From an uncultured Planctomycetia bacterium (GTDB taxonomy: Bacteria > Omnitrophota > Gorgyraeia > JABMRG01), in contig CAZWMG010000006.1 of the NCBI GenBank assembly GCA_964634945.1, positions 736-64,735 on the forward strand: DNA of 64,000 bases, written 5' to 3'. Of the stretch, positions 8,310-18,782 are shown piece after piece; the first letter of the stretch is position 1; every line of letters begins with the position of its first letter. The notes under the pieces are model-generated. The model was not told the origin of the DNA. It did not search any database and saw only the letters and a list, made by a program, of their open reading frames with translations. The translations under genes and the position numbers were made by a program.

Positions 8310-9224
8310 TCAGAACGAGTATGCTAATGAGGATATAACACGGAGATCATTATCTTTTGTATCTGCCGGCGGCGCCGCGTTGTAATCATCTATAAGACTT
8401 ATGCGCAGGCTTAACTTATGATTCATGGCGATATCGAGCATTGTTTCTGAGTGGATCCTGTAATCACTGAAATCCTCAAAAACAGGGTAATACAATATGT
8501 TCTGCGTGATTTTTGTGTTACTAAATAATTTTTTCTCAAAAAATGCCCTGGGAACAAGTACCCAATCCCCTTTATCCTTTATATTAGACCTGTATGAGGT
8601 ATGCTCATAACCCGCGCCTGCTTCAACCATCAGCTTTAATCTAGGCAGATCATAGAGCCAGTAACCGAGACCTGCAGCGGGTACAAACCTGTAATCTATA
8701 TCAGCAAACCTGTCGTGATCTGCCTCTATCCTATAAAAATTATACCACCTCTTCATGCTTCCAAAGCTATAAGCATATCTTCCCATACTATACCACTTAT
8801 GCGCATCCATCTTGTTGTTTGCCGAGGAATAATACATGTTACCTTTAGCTGTCCATTCGTCAATATGCTTATTCTCTCTATTAAGCAGGAAACTGCCTGA
8901 GAACTGGCTTTCACGCGTATTGCCTGTAGCGTAATTATAGCCCAATGCAACCTCTCTCTTCCATATTATATCTGTCGGATCATTGATATCTTTTCGCAAG
9001 CCATCTTCTGCTCTAACAATATGGCCTATCAAGTCTCTCTTTACCACGATTGAACCCATAGCCTCTGTCTCTACAGAAAGGCTATCCTGTTCTTCCTGCG
9101 TTATCTGCCCGCTTATCTTATCACCATTCTTAAGATATATCTCATCAGCGTAAACAGTGGCAAGAAATCCAGTAAAAAATACAATCGTTATTAAAAGACG
9201 TGTAAATATCTGATTCATATTCAA
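8310..9224 (-). CDS. DUF481 outer-membrane beta-barrel protein
   Basis: Signal peptide, ADEIYLKNGDKISG, GNT motif, alternating strands, C-terminal YSF. Confidence 0.85.
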   Translation of the reverse strand: MNMNQIFTRLLITIVFFTGFLATVYADEIYLKNGDKISGQITQEEQDSLSVETEAMGSIVVKRDLIGHIVRAEDGLRKDINDPTDIIWKREVALGYNYATGNTRESQFSGSFLLNRENKHIDEWTAKGNMYYSSANNKMDAHKWYSMGRYAYSFGSMKRWYNFYRIEADHDRFADIDYRFVPAAGLGYWLYDLPRLKLMVEAGAGYEHTSYRSNIKDKGDWVLVPRAFFEKKLFSNTKITQNILYYPVFEDFSDYRIHSETMLDIAMNHKLSLRISLIDDYNAAPPADTKDNDLRVISSLAYSF

Positions 9225-9346
9225 ATTTTCCTTAACAGCAATATTATTGTATATTACTCCTTATAAGTTTTACATGCAAGTGATTTTGTTAAGATACGAA
9301 TTGGTATGGCAAGGCCTTTTTTGATAGGATACAACAGGTAATAGTT

Positions 9347-12300
9347 TTAGCTGCTTATAGCGAAACCTAAGTTTACCTTATTACGATTAGCGCGCCTTGT
9401 TACGGGACTTGTGTTGGGATATCCTAGCTTGCGCGCTACATTCATATTTTTAATAGGGATGTTTTCTACTGCTAATCTTTCAACGGCGCCTTTAAGCTCA
9501 TGAATAAATACGCTTCTCCTCGAAAGCACTCCCAATAAACTGAAATCTATCTTATGATATTTAGAGCGCCTTGTTAGCTCCTTTGATTCCTTATAGCCGA
9601 GTTTGTACGCTACATTGCATATGGTTGGCAGCTTATCTTCTTCGATTAATTCTTTAACAGCGCCTGCAACCTTATGTATAAATTTATCTCTGCTGAAAAC
9701 CACTAATCCTAATAAACTTAAATCTATACTATAATAATTCGCGAGCTTTGTTATAGGACCTGCTGTATCATAGCCTAGTTTGCGTGCTACGTTTCGCGTA
9801 ATAGGCAGTTCACCTTTGTCTGTTAATTCCTTAACAGCGCCTTCAACCTTATAAATAAAAACATCTCTACTTGTAAACAATCCTAGCAAGTTTAAGTCTA
9901 TACCATGATACTTGGCTAGTCTTGTCAAGGACCCTGTTTTCTCATAGCCTAGTTTGCGTGCTATATTTCGCGTAATAGGCAACTCTCCTTCTTCTATCAA
10001 TTCTTTAACAACACCTTTAATCTTTTGTATAGTCTTATCTCTACTGCCGCTGGAAGAAGCCTTAACAGCCCCATTAAGGGCCTTTAAAACTTCAGGATGC
10101 GCGCTTAAATACTCTTTTACTCTTGCGTCATAATCAGCCTCTTTTGCTTTTTGCATAGTAAGTTCTTCCTGCCATTTAGGTTCAATGGTTTTACCAGGAA
10201 AAGCCTTCTCAAGCCATTGAATCTGGTGCTTTGCACACCATCCATGTGAAATGTTACTTGGTATCTTTATTTCTGTTACCTCGTACGCCTTGCCGCATGT
10301 AGCGCACATTGAAACCTTAATATTTTTCCCTTTGATATACTTCTCAACTATGGGCTCAACGATGTCTCTGCTGCCTATAAAACCATGCGTTAATAAGAGT
10401 ATTTGGAATAGATGGTCATTGTTCAGGATATCCTCATCCTCTTTTATATCTAAATTAAGGGTATCGATATCACCTGCCTCATCACCATGGTAAAATGCTA
10501 ACAATGCATCCGCTATCTTAAAGTAACGTTGAAGCTTAGTATCTGCCGCAATAATAGGGCTAATAGTAGGCACTTTGCCTAAATAGATATTGCCTGTATT
10601 GCCATCTATTGTTATGGTATCGCCATTTTCGATCCTACAGGGTTTGCCAGTATTATCTGTATACACAATACCGCTGTCATCACGTGCAAAATTAGCGCCA
10701 GCACGAAGAGTTACAGCCGGTTTTATAATATCTGCTGTTCCCATTTTTTCTCTGGCTAATTCCGCGATATGGTTAATCAATGAATCTTCCTTTGTAATAA
10801 AGCCCACGGGCCAGTACATGTCAATCTGGCTGTGAAAAAATGATGAGCCCATAGCCGCAATAGGGTTATCATACTTATCAAATAAAAATCTATCGGGGTT
10901 CTCACGCACAATTAACCTTCCTGTTACAACACCCGGAGAAAGCGGAAATCCCCTTAAAACAGGCTCTATGTCACAATTAGGGCTTACTACAGGCGATTTG
11001 AGTAAGGAGATAAAATGATCTATCCGTTCCGACTCCTTTAAAACGCTTCCGCTCTCTTCGTAATCAATACTAAGAATATCTCTTGTAGCTATATCTGAAT
11101 AGCTTATCTTATCAGCAACTTCACGATACGTCAGAGTACCATTGATTCCCATATCGATCGCGTAATGGACCAGGGCCACAGGATGTACAAGAGCAGATCT
11201 TTGTTGAAGAATATACAATTTACCGCCTTCAATAGTAAATTCAATATTTCTAATATCATTGTAAACTGTCTCTAATTTCCTAGCATTCTTTTTAATAGCG
11301 GCTAATTGTGCCGGGAACATCTTTTCAAAAGTCTCTTTATAAAATATTACCTGTCCGCTTGAAGGCGTTACAACCGCAGGCCCTTGTGACTTATGAGCCA
11401 TTTCAATGTATACGCTGTTCTCGCCTGTTATCGGGTGCCTTGAAGCGGCAATACCGGTGCATGAGTTGTTATTGAGATTACCAAAAACCATCGCCTGCAC
11501 AGTAAAAGCTATATATGTGCTATCTCCTAGCATTTTTTTACTGTGCAAAAGCCGAGCTTGTTTTGAAAGATCTCCCATATCACCTTCTTGATATTTTTTG
11601 AAAGCTTCTACCGCAAGCGCTAACTGCTGCCATGGGTCCTCAGGGAATTCTATATTGTGCTTGTCTAATAGATATTTTTTTAGCTTACTAATAGTTTCCT
11701 TGTATACCAACTTCTTAGGCACCCCGTCTTTACTTATCAGTTCAAAGCCTACAAAATGGTGCGCATTATCATATTTTCTAATAAAGTTATTTTTATATAT
11801 CTCTAATATGTCATAATCCAAAGTATTGATAATGTCAACACCCAACACAGCCTCACTATAAAAGCATAAATACATTAAATACATATTGTACAATTCAACC
11901 TTATCTTCGAACCGCTTCTCCAAGGCCTTGACTGTCTCGTCATTTAAACCTATATTGAGCAATGTGGACAATTTCCCGGGCTCAACAAATGGATATCCTG
12001 CCCTGATTGAAAGAAATAGCGGTTTTTTAGCATCCCCGAAATAGCGCTCTTTTCCTGATAAAGCTTTCATCCGCTTTTCTATCTCACCTACCGCACGGCG
12101 CAATGATGCACGATCATTTGATAGAGTTCTAATCTCATCTGATGTAATTTCAGAATCGATAACAAATCCCGGAGGAACAGGCATATTCTCCAAGGCTAGT
12201 CGCATTAGGCCTGAGCCCTTATCACTCAATAGGATTTTATTCTCAGGATTGCCGTCCGCATAGCCGGGCCAAAAAAAGTGCAGGTGAGCAATGTCAGGCG

Positions 12301-12487
12301 ATAGTCGCACATCAGCTTGTAAGTGAGTATCTCTATCCGCCTCAGCCATGGCCCCTAAAATACCAGACGATGCCTGTGGTCTCAGCGCATCTATTTTTGA
12401 CTTTTTTATCTCTGCAAAGAGACAGCCTTGCCCCACACCATTGAAGGCAAATGCAACTACTATTATAAATATAATTATACTTTTCAT
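9347..12487 (-). CDS. Mosaic protein: signal peptide, PPDK-like ATP-grasp and phospho-His domains, Cys/His module, four HTH-like repeats
   Basis: PVPPGFVI, PLFLSIRAG, LLNIGLND, FPEDPWQQL, VQAMVFGN, IEFTIEGGKLYILQQR, NHIAELARE, ITIDGNTG; no C-terminal PEP-binding barrel. Confidence 0.8.
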   Translation of the reverse strand: MKSIIIFIIVVAFAFNGVGQGCLFAEIKKSKIDALRPQASSGILGAMAEADRDTHLQADVRLSPDIAHLHFFWPGYADGNPENKILLSDKGSGLMRLALENMPVPPGFVIDSEITSDEIRTLSNDRASLRRAVGEIEKRMKALSGKERYFGDAKKPLFLSIRAGYPFVEPGKLSTLLNIGLNDETVKALEKRFEDKVELYNMYLMYLCFYSEAVLGVDIINTLDYDILEIYKNNFIRKYDNAHHFVGFELISKDGVPKKLVYKETISKLKKYLLDKHNIEFPEDPWQQLALAVEAFKKYQEGDMGDLSKQARLLHSKKMLGDSTYIAFTVQAMVFGNLNNNSCTGIAASRHPITGENSVYIEMAHKSQGPAVVTPSSGQVIFYKETFEKMFPAQLAAIKKNARKLETVYNDIRNIEFTIEGGKLYILQQRSALVHPVALVHYAIDMGINGTLTYREVADKISYSDIATRDILSIDYEESGSVLKESERIDHFISLLKSPVVSPNCDIEPVLRGFPLSPGVVTGRLIVRENPDRFLFDKYDNPIAAMGSSFFHSQIDMYWPVGFITKEDSLINHIAELAREKMGTADIIKPAVTLRAGANFARDDSGIVYTDNTGKPCRIENGDTITIDGNTGNIYLGKVPTISPIIAADTKLQRYFKIADALLAFYHGDEAGDIDTLNLDIKEDEDILNNDHLFQILLLTHGFIGSRDIVEPIVEKYIKGKNIKVSMCATCGKAYEVTEIKIPSNISHGWCAKHQIQWLEKAFPGKTIEPKWQEELTMQKAKEADYDARVKEYLSAHPEVLKALNGAVKASSSGSRDKTIQKIKGVVKELIEEGELPITRNIARKLGYEKTGSLTRLAKYHGIDLNLLGLFTSRDVFIYKVEGAVKELTDKGELPITRNVARKLGYDTAGPITKLANYYSIDLSLLGLVVFSRDKFIHKVAGAVKELIEEDKLPTICNVAYKLGYKESKELTRRSKYHKIDFSLLGVLSRRSVFIHELKGAVERLAVENIPIKNMNVARKLGYPNTSPVTRRANRNKVNLGFAISS
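9350..10045 (-). repeat. Four tandem ~58-aa coding repeats (HTH-like)
   Basis: R..FI.K..GAVKEL......P...NVARKLGY......TR.A.Y..IDL.LLG repeated four times. Confidence 0.9.
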
Positions 12488-12509
12488 TTTTAGAAAGGTT
12501 TCTTTAGCA

Positions 12510-15500
12510 TTAAGCGGCGCTTTGAATTGCTTTTCTTATATATGATACAGAGAGGTTTCTAGAATGCGTAATTAAACGCTCTGAGATCACAGGATGCATT
12601 TTTAGGTACTCTGCCACTCTCTCACCAACTTTAGCTTCTCTGGCTTCCTGCGCCCTAATACGTTTCAAGCGGGCAGGCCCATCTTGCTTGCTATAATCAT
12701 AGCGTTCAATGATGTTGCCTGCATCTTTAATACATTTTCCATGCGAAATACCACTTGGACCTTCGTATTTTCGCACTGCGTATATCCTGCCACATGTAGC
12801 GCACATTGATACCGTTATGTTTTTATCCTTGATATACCTTTTTACTATTTTTTCAACCAGAGCTTTATTATTTATAAGATAATACGTTAATAAGCGCATC
12901 TGAAATAGGTGGTCTTCCGTACTAATATTTACATCATTGAATATTCTCTCTAATTCTCTAGTACTGTTTTCAGGGGTCTTGTTACCCGAAGAAGAGGTTT
13001 TCTCCGTAACCGGTAAAACAGCAGTTGCAGTACCCGGGCGTATTGGAGCAAGATAACCGTTTATCCTGTTATCCTGATCCAGTCTGCGTTTCATGATAAC
13101 CTGCAATGAGCGCGCCAGAGAACTCACACCGCCAGTCTCTTTAAGTTCCGCATCGAGTAATTTTATGAATTCATCCGTGTGCATTCTTAACAAAACGCTC
13201 TTTTGCGATGCCACAACTGTCTTGCTTCTTGGAAGCTGTTTCGAATCATTGAATAATGACATAAACCTATCACGCATATCTTTATCCATATCCAAGCTCT
13301 TTATCTCTGAAATATCCATTACATTCCATATATAATAACCAGCACCTGCTATAAACTGCTGGCTTATCATGTCCTTCCTAAAAAGAGCCTTTAAATCATC
13401 TTCTGTATATAAGCTTAACGCTCTTCTAAGAATAGCCATCTCACCCAATACATGCCCCTTTCCTAATGTCTTTATACCATTCGGCATATCCGCGATACCT
13501 TCAATATTTACTTTTCCGCTTAATATTATATATACATATGGATTATCGATAGTAAGGTCTCCTTCTCTGTAGATTATATGCCCCCCTCTCATCTCCTCTA
13601 TACTACCTATAGTTGCAAACTGCTTTCTGATTAGATCCCCAAAAATAATATTTTCAGCAGTGGTCTCTATAACTGTTGACTCTTTCAGCAGGTTATCAGC
13701 CCTCACTATACTCTTACGCCTGTCAGCTCTCTTTATAACCCTCAATGATTCAAAGACCTGTGCCCTTTGGAGCCCAGGTTCATTCTGCTGGCCTGCCGAG
13801 TGGACAGTATGCACAGCACCAATATTAGCAAGCTCCTTAAACGCATCGATTAATTCCTCAGGCTCTATATGTACACCTGGCACACCATTTTCAGATATGA
13901 GAAGGTCAACACCATTTTCATAAAACTCAATAAACTTCTGCCTTAATGGGCTCTCTTTTGAAGGCATCAGAGAATCTGGTAAATAAGCGAAAATGCCTTT
14001 TTCAGTTGATATCCTAAACCCATACGTTGGCAGAGGGTGACCGAATGTTCTATTAAGAAGCATCTCCATCCCAGCAAAGAGTGACAGCGTATCATTAAAG
14101 AGAACAACTTCTCTATCCGCATCCTTTTCTGTCTTAACCAAAGGAAAGATCTTTTCAAAATCATATCTACTTATACCTGTTAAGGTGTTTAGATATTCAA
14201 ACGCTGTCTCGTAAACCGGGATAGCCGCTATCAGAGGCATTGAGCCTAATTGTCCACCATTAGCCTTTTTCAATAGTTGTTGGTAAGCAAAATCTGCCAT
14301 CCCGCCAAAGTGGTCCCAATGAACATGCGAAAGATAGAAGGCGTCAACATTATCTAAGAGTTCATTAGCCCTTATATTGCGCAAGGTCTGCGCTGAGGGG
14401 TCAACTAGAATGCCCTTGCCATTAATCGCCATTAATAAATTTGTATAATCCTGCTTACCACTAAAAGGCGTGGGATCCGCGTTACCAAAAGGCATTATTA
14501 CTAATTCATCCCTATCCTTTTCAGAGAGCTTAAACGCTTCCTCAACCATGTTGACTTGTCTTGGCGTCCATGATGAATAAAATTGATTTTCCCCGCGTGA
14601 GGCAAGGCACGCTCTGTCAATATAGTAGGCATGCGCACCCTCTCCCTCAGTGACGATAAGGCTATCTTCTGTTTTTTCTATTCTTAACGTATTAGCAGGC
14701 GTTTCCGATGAAGGCAAGCCCTTACTTAATGCAATACTGTCGCCAAGCGCCAAGACCCGAATATCGATTATTTCGTTAATTAATTTTTCTACGGCCTCGT
14801 CGTCTTTAAAAGATATATTGCCCTCTCTATTAAATAGCCCTCCGGGAAAATGAAACGACCTGTTACGGGCAAACTCCTTTGAAAGCATCTTAGCTATATC
14901 AACACTGTAACCGCTATCTATTAATTTTGCTTCATAAAATCCTGCATCATGACCAATAAAAAAAGACTTGAGCAATCTAAGAGTTTTTTTCTTCTTTATT
15001 TCTGAATCCACTACAACAGTAATTCTACCGCTTATTAACCCCTTAACAAGTACGTCTACATCATAGCCTGCATCCATAACCTCATATTTAAAAGTATCTA
15101 TCTCATCTACTTTACGCTGGTAACTCGAATAATCCTTTTCTAATGCCTTTAAATCATTGAGGAGTGCTGCATATCTTGCTGAATACCCCTTAATGATGGG
15201 ATCAAAAAACATTCTTTGAAAAAATAATCCTTCCAACACACTGCTGTTAACAAGGGGATCAAACGCCAAAAAAACAACATCGGGTTGCTCCTTAGCCTTG
15301 AGGAAGGTGTGAGAATTTTGCCTGTCATAAGCTGAAAATGATAGCGTAAATGAGCGATTGCCGTTTACATCGCCTTTTGTAGTAAGGGTAAAGTTATCCA
15401 ACAAATCAGTGCCTGAATTATCAGGATTCAACTTGTCTTGACCCGGATAAGATGCGCGCGGATTCTTAAAAACCCTTGTTTCTAAGACATCGTAAGCTTT

Positions 15501-16451
15501 TCTTAAATCCGCTCTATTATCTGTGGCCTCTTTAAACTCTTGATTCAACAGCACAAAAGCGGAATAAGCATCAGTGAAATATTTAGTCGGCGTAACTCCT
15601 AGTATCTTAATATTGCTATCTAATGAAGGGGCCTTGTCAATATATAAGTTAAGAACGCCAAAAAATATTCCTGTTTTTTTAGCGAATTTCTTTAAGTGGC
15701 CTCCTTTAAAAATTAAGTCCGCGGACCACTTAATCATCATCGCGTATGAGAGATAAGCTATGAGCTGTGGAAGTGTTGCAAATGAGGCAAACAAAGGTAA
15801 GATCGTATATGCCACAATAACAGCTGCTGCAGATAATATAATGCCCGCGCCTAAAAATGGGAGAAGTTCCCATCTACTGTTATATATTGCATTCTTTGTC
15901 TCTCTGCTTACAGAATGCGCCACTCTCTTGCCTATCGCATGTATAAAAGCGACTGGCAGATCAATTAAGCTGATCTTATTGTATATGGTAATTGTATCAG
16001 TAAACTTAAGGTATGATACCGGCAGATTCCTTGTAACTAAATTATCCGCAAATACAATCCTTATGCCCTGAATATGCTCTTTGGGTAATTTTTTTAATAA
16101 ATATATTAGAAGCGAAAGTCGGACAATAGAAAGACTGTTCGGATTATACATTATGATATTATTGTTCTCTAAGAAATCTTTGATAGTATCCGTATCTAAT
16201 AGGCTAAATTCAAGCCTTGTAGATAAGAGATCTTTAGCAATAAATTGACGCATGCCTTTTTCAAGCATCGCCTGTATTGTATAATTTTGAGGTATCGCCT
16301 TCTTAACAGGCTTGTAGCCCTGAGCATGAGTATTATCTGAAACTGAGAGCTTGTGAGAAGCTGGGCGCAGAGCAAATAAGTCAGGTGGTATACTGGCCAT
16401 AATGAGTGAAATAACCAGAAAAATTGATAAAACCCTGTAGAACTCTTTCAT
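12510..16451 (-). CDS. Mosaic protein: signal peptide, membrane segment, MBL-fold hydrolase, cNMP-binding domain, Cys/His module
   Basis: YLSHVHWDHFGG (MBL), HPLPTYG, IYREGD..YIILSGKV..LGEMAI...RSKTVVA (cNMP), MCATCG..SHGKC. Confidence 0.8.
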   Translation of the reverse strand: MKEFYRVLSIFLVISLIMASIPPDLFALRPASHKLSVSDNTHAQGYKPVKKAIPQNYTIQAMLEKGMRQFIAKDLLSTRLEFSLLDTDTIKDFLENNNIIMYNPNSLSIVRLSLLIYLLKKLPKEHIQGIRIVFADNLVTRNLPVSYLKFTDTITIYNKISLIDLPVAFIHAIGKRVAHSVSRETKNAIYNSRWELLPFLGAGIILSAAAVIVAYTILPLFASFATLPQLIAYLSYAMMIKWSADLIFKGGHLKKFAKKTGIFFGVLNLYIDKAPSLDSNIKILGVTPTKYFTDAYSAFVLLNQEFKEATDNRADLRKAYDVLETRVFKNPRASYPGQDKLNPDNSGTDLLDNFTLTTKGDVNGNRSFTLSFSAYDRQNSHTFLKAKEQPDVVFLAFDPLVNSSVLEGLFFQRMFFDPIIKGYSARYAALLNDLKALEKDYSSYQRKVDEIDTFKYEVMDAGYDVDVLVKGLISGRITVVVDSEIKKKKTLRLLKSFFIGHDAGFYEAKLIDSGYSVDIAKMLSKEFARNRSFHFPGGLFNREGNISFKDDEAVEKLINEIIDIRVLALGDSIALSKGLPSSETPANTLRIEKTEDSLIVTEGEGAHAYYIDRACLASRGENQFYSSWTPRQVNMVEEAFKLSEKDRDELVIMPFGNADPTPFSGKQDYTNLLMAINGKGILVDPSAQTLRNIRANELLDNVDAFYLSHVHWDHFGGMADFAYQQLLKKANGGQLGSMPLIAAIPVYETAFEYLNTLTGISRYDFEKIFPLVKTEKDADREVVLFNDTLSLFAGMEMLLNRTFGHPLPTYGFRISTEKGIFAYLPDSLMPSKESPLRQKFIEFYENGVDLLISENGVPGVHIEPEELIDAFKELANIGAVHTVHSAGQQNEPGLQRAQVFESLRVIKRADRRKSIVRADNLLKESTVIETTAENIIFGDLIRKQFATIGSIEEMRGGHIIYREGDLTIDNPYVYIILSGKVNIEGIADMPNGIKTLGKGHVLGEMAILRRALSLYTEDDLKALFRKDMISQQFIAGAGYYIWNVMDISEIKSLDMDKDMRDRFMSLFNDSKQLPRSKTVVASQKSVLLRMHTDEFIKLLDAELKETGGVSSLARSLQVIMKRRLDQDNRINGYLAPIRPGTATAVLPVTEKTSSSGNKTPENSTRELERIFNDVNISTEDHLFQMRLLTYYLINNKALVEKIVKRYIKDKNITVSMCATCGRIYAVRKYEGPSGISHGKCIKDAGNIIERYDYSKQDGPARLKRIRAQEAREAKVGERVAEYLKMHPVISERLITHSRNLSVSYIRKAIQSAA

Positions 16452-16780
16452 GATATATCCGTTCTTCAGTAATTACAGTTTAATTATGTATTAATGATCA
16501 ATACATAATAATATTAATAAAGTTCTTTAAAAGAGTAACATAAGTTTACCAAAATGTCAATCTTAAAACCTTTTTAAAGACCATTTCTATTGTCTGCTCG
16601 TATTTAGCAGGGCTTCTATTATACTTATATTATACTATATACTATGCTTACCCCTACTTTATTATATCCTGCGCAACTAAATTATATTTAATCCCTTTGA
16701 CAAATTATTATTGAACTGGTATAATTTACATTGATTTTAATAACAATCTCAATCAATAGCATAAAAAGGGAGTCAATGTT

Positions 16781-18238
16781 ATGGAAAAGGCAGCTGTTGT
16801 GGATACAAGTACTACAGGCGGCATAGATATTGAAGATATAATGCAGAAGGCCTCTTTTGCCTCTGCTATATTTAGTCAGTTGAGCCAGGAGCATACAGAC
16901 CGCATTGTCAAGGCTGTATATGAGGCCGGATTTAAGAATAGAATTAAACTTGCAAAGATGGCTCATGAGGAGACAAAATTGGGCGTCTGGGAAGATAAGG
17001 TAATAAAAAACGTTGTCGCGACACAGTTTGTGTATGAAGACATAAAGAACCTTAAGACAGTAGGTGTTATCTCTGATGATGAAGAGAAAGGCATTATAGA
17101 GATCGCACAGCCGATAGGGCCCATCTTCGCGTTAATCCCTACGACCAATCCTACTTCAACTGTAATGTTTAAGATACTTATAGCACTAAAAACAAGAAAC
17201 CCTATCATTATAAGCCCCCACCACAGGGCAATGAAGTGCTCCAATGAAACAGCGCGCTTATGTTACGAGGCAGCGTTAAAGGAAGACGCGCCACAGGATT
17301 GCATACAATGGCTCGAAGCAAAGTCATCGGAAGGTACCCGCGCGTTAATGAAACACAAAAAACTTGCTCTTGTTCTTGCCACAGGAGGATCAAGCCTTGT
17401 CGGAGCGGCCTACAGCTCAGGTACGCCTGCTATAGGTGTTGGGCCTGGTAATGTGCCTGCCTACATCGGAGAAACAGCTGATGTAGGTTTCGCAATAGAG
17501 CAGATATTCGCATCAAAGACATTTGACAACGGCACTGTATGCGCCAGCGAACAATCTATTGTAGTAGATAAATCTCATGCTGAAAAGGCTAAAAAAGAGA
17601 TCGAAAAACGAAAGGGTTATTTCCTCTCTGATGATGAGATAAAACGCGTTGAGGCAGTAGCGTTTGATCAAGAACGCGGTTTAATGAATGCCGCTATAGT
17701 AGGCCAGTCCGCGGCCTATATCGCTAAACTAGCGAATATCGACGCACCCTCTGATGTGCGCCTGCTCATAGCGCCCCTTAAAGGCATAGGCAAAGACTAC
17801 CCCCTCTCTTCTGAGGTTCTCGCGCCAATACTGGCTTACTACATTGCTAATGATTTTGAACATGCTGTAAATCTATGCATAGACTTGAATTTTCACGGCG
17901 GCATAGGACATACTGTAAGCATCTATTCCAATGATGATAAAAAGATCAGAGAATTTGCCTTTGTTATGAACGCGGGGCGCATTGTAGTTAATACCCCTTC
18001 TTCTCAAGGCGCTGTGGGAGGTTTATACAACACCCTTCACCCATCATTTACATTGGGCTGCGGAAGCGGCGGTAAAAATATTACTACAGACAATATAACG
18101 GCAAGGCATCTACTCAATATCCAGCGCATCGCGCGCAGACGCGTTAATAGGCGCCTGGAAAAGTTTGATAAGAGCCTCTATTTTAACGAATCTATCGACA
18201 CAAAAACGCTTGAAGATGAGTTTAACCGCAACTACTAA
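16781..18238 (+). CDS. CoA-acylating aldehyde dehydrogenase (AdhE N-terminal-like)
   Basis: PTTNPTST, ATGG, GVGPGN, SKTFDNGTVCASEQ, PSFTLGCG. Confidence 0.93.
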   Translation: MEKAAVVDTSTTGGIDIEDIMQKASFASAIFSQLSQEHTDRIVKAVYEAGFKNRIKLAKMAHEETKLGVWEDKVIKNVVATQFVYEDIKNLKTVGVISDDEEKGIIEIAQPIGPIFALIPTTNPTSTVMFKILIALKTRNPIIISPHHRAMKCSNETARLCYEAALKEDAPQDCIQWLEAKSSEGTRALMKHKKLALVLATGGSSLVGAAYSSGTPAIGVGPGNVPAYIGETADVGFAIEQIFASKTFDNGTVCASEQSIVVDKSHAEKAKKEIEKRKGYFLSDDEIKRVEAVAFDQERGLMNAAIVGQSAAYIAKLANIDAPSDVRLLIAPLKGIGKDYPLSSEVLAPILAYYIANDFEHAVNLCIDLNFHGGIGHTVSIYSNDDKKIREFAFVMNAGRIVVNTPSSQGAVGGLYNTLHPSFTLGCGSGGKNITTDNITARHLLNIQRIARRRVNRRLEKFDKSLYFNESIDTKTLEDEFNRNY

Positions 18239-18258
18239 AAAAGATTAGGAGTAAAGAT

Positions 18259-18552
18259 ATGTTGGAATTTCAATTAGAGGGTGAAAAATTAATCTGCTTA
18301 TTCTTAAGCAACATGGAGACAGAAAACTGCGTTAATTGCGAGCAAGAACTTTTTAAGAAGATACGTGAGGCAAAGCTACCTGTTGTCTTTGATCTAAAAG
18401 AAGTAAGTTATATAGCATCGATGTTTCTTAGCATGTGTCTGATGGCTAAAAAGGAACCTGATGTTCAGGATTTTTTATTGATTAATGTACAACCAAATGT
18501 TAAGAAAGTATTTAAGATCGCGGGAGTTGATAAACATCTTTCTATTCAATGA
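18259..18552 (+). CDS. STAS domain anti-sigma factor antagonist
   Basis: VVFDLKEVSYIAS ... VKKVFKIAG. Confidence 0.85.
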   Translation: MLEFQLEGEKLICLFLSNMETENCVNCEQELFKKIREAKLPVVFDLKEVSYIASMFLSMCLMAKKEPDVQDFLLINVQPNVKKVFKIAGVDKHLSIQ

Positions 18553-18567
18553 GGTAGAGGCAAAGGA

Positions 18568-18760
18568 TAAATCCTAAACTCTAATATCTAAATCTTAAAC
18601 AAATTCAAAATTTTAATTTTCAAATGTTCAAAACTTTTGTTTTGAACATTTGATTTTTGATAATTTGATATTGTTTAGAGATTAGAACTTAAGATTTAGA
18701 ATTTAAGGATTATGCTTGCTAAGCAATTCTTACCACTTAATTCTTACAACTAAACGCGGG
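18568..18760. repeat. Heptamer-periodic hairpin element, copy 1
   Basis: TAAATCC TAAACTC TAATATC TAAATCT TAAACAA ... TTGTTTAGAGATTAGAACTTAAGATTTAGAATTTA; homologous to copies at 49139, 51355, 53524, 57655. Confidence 0.9.
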
Positions 18761-18782
18761 AATCTTCCCTATTAAAAACTTC

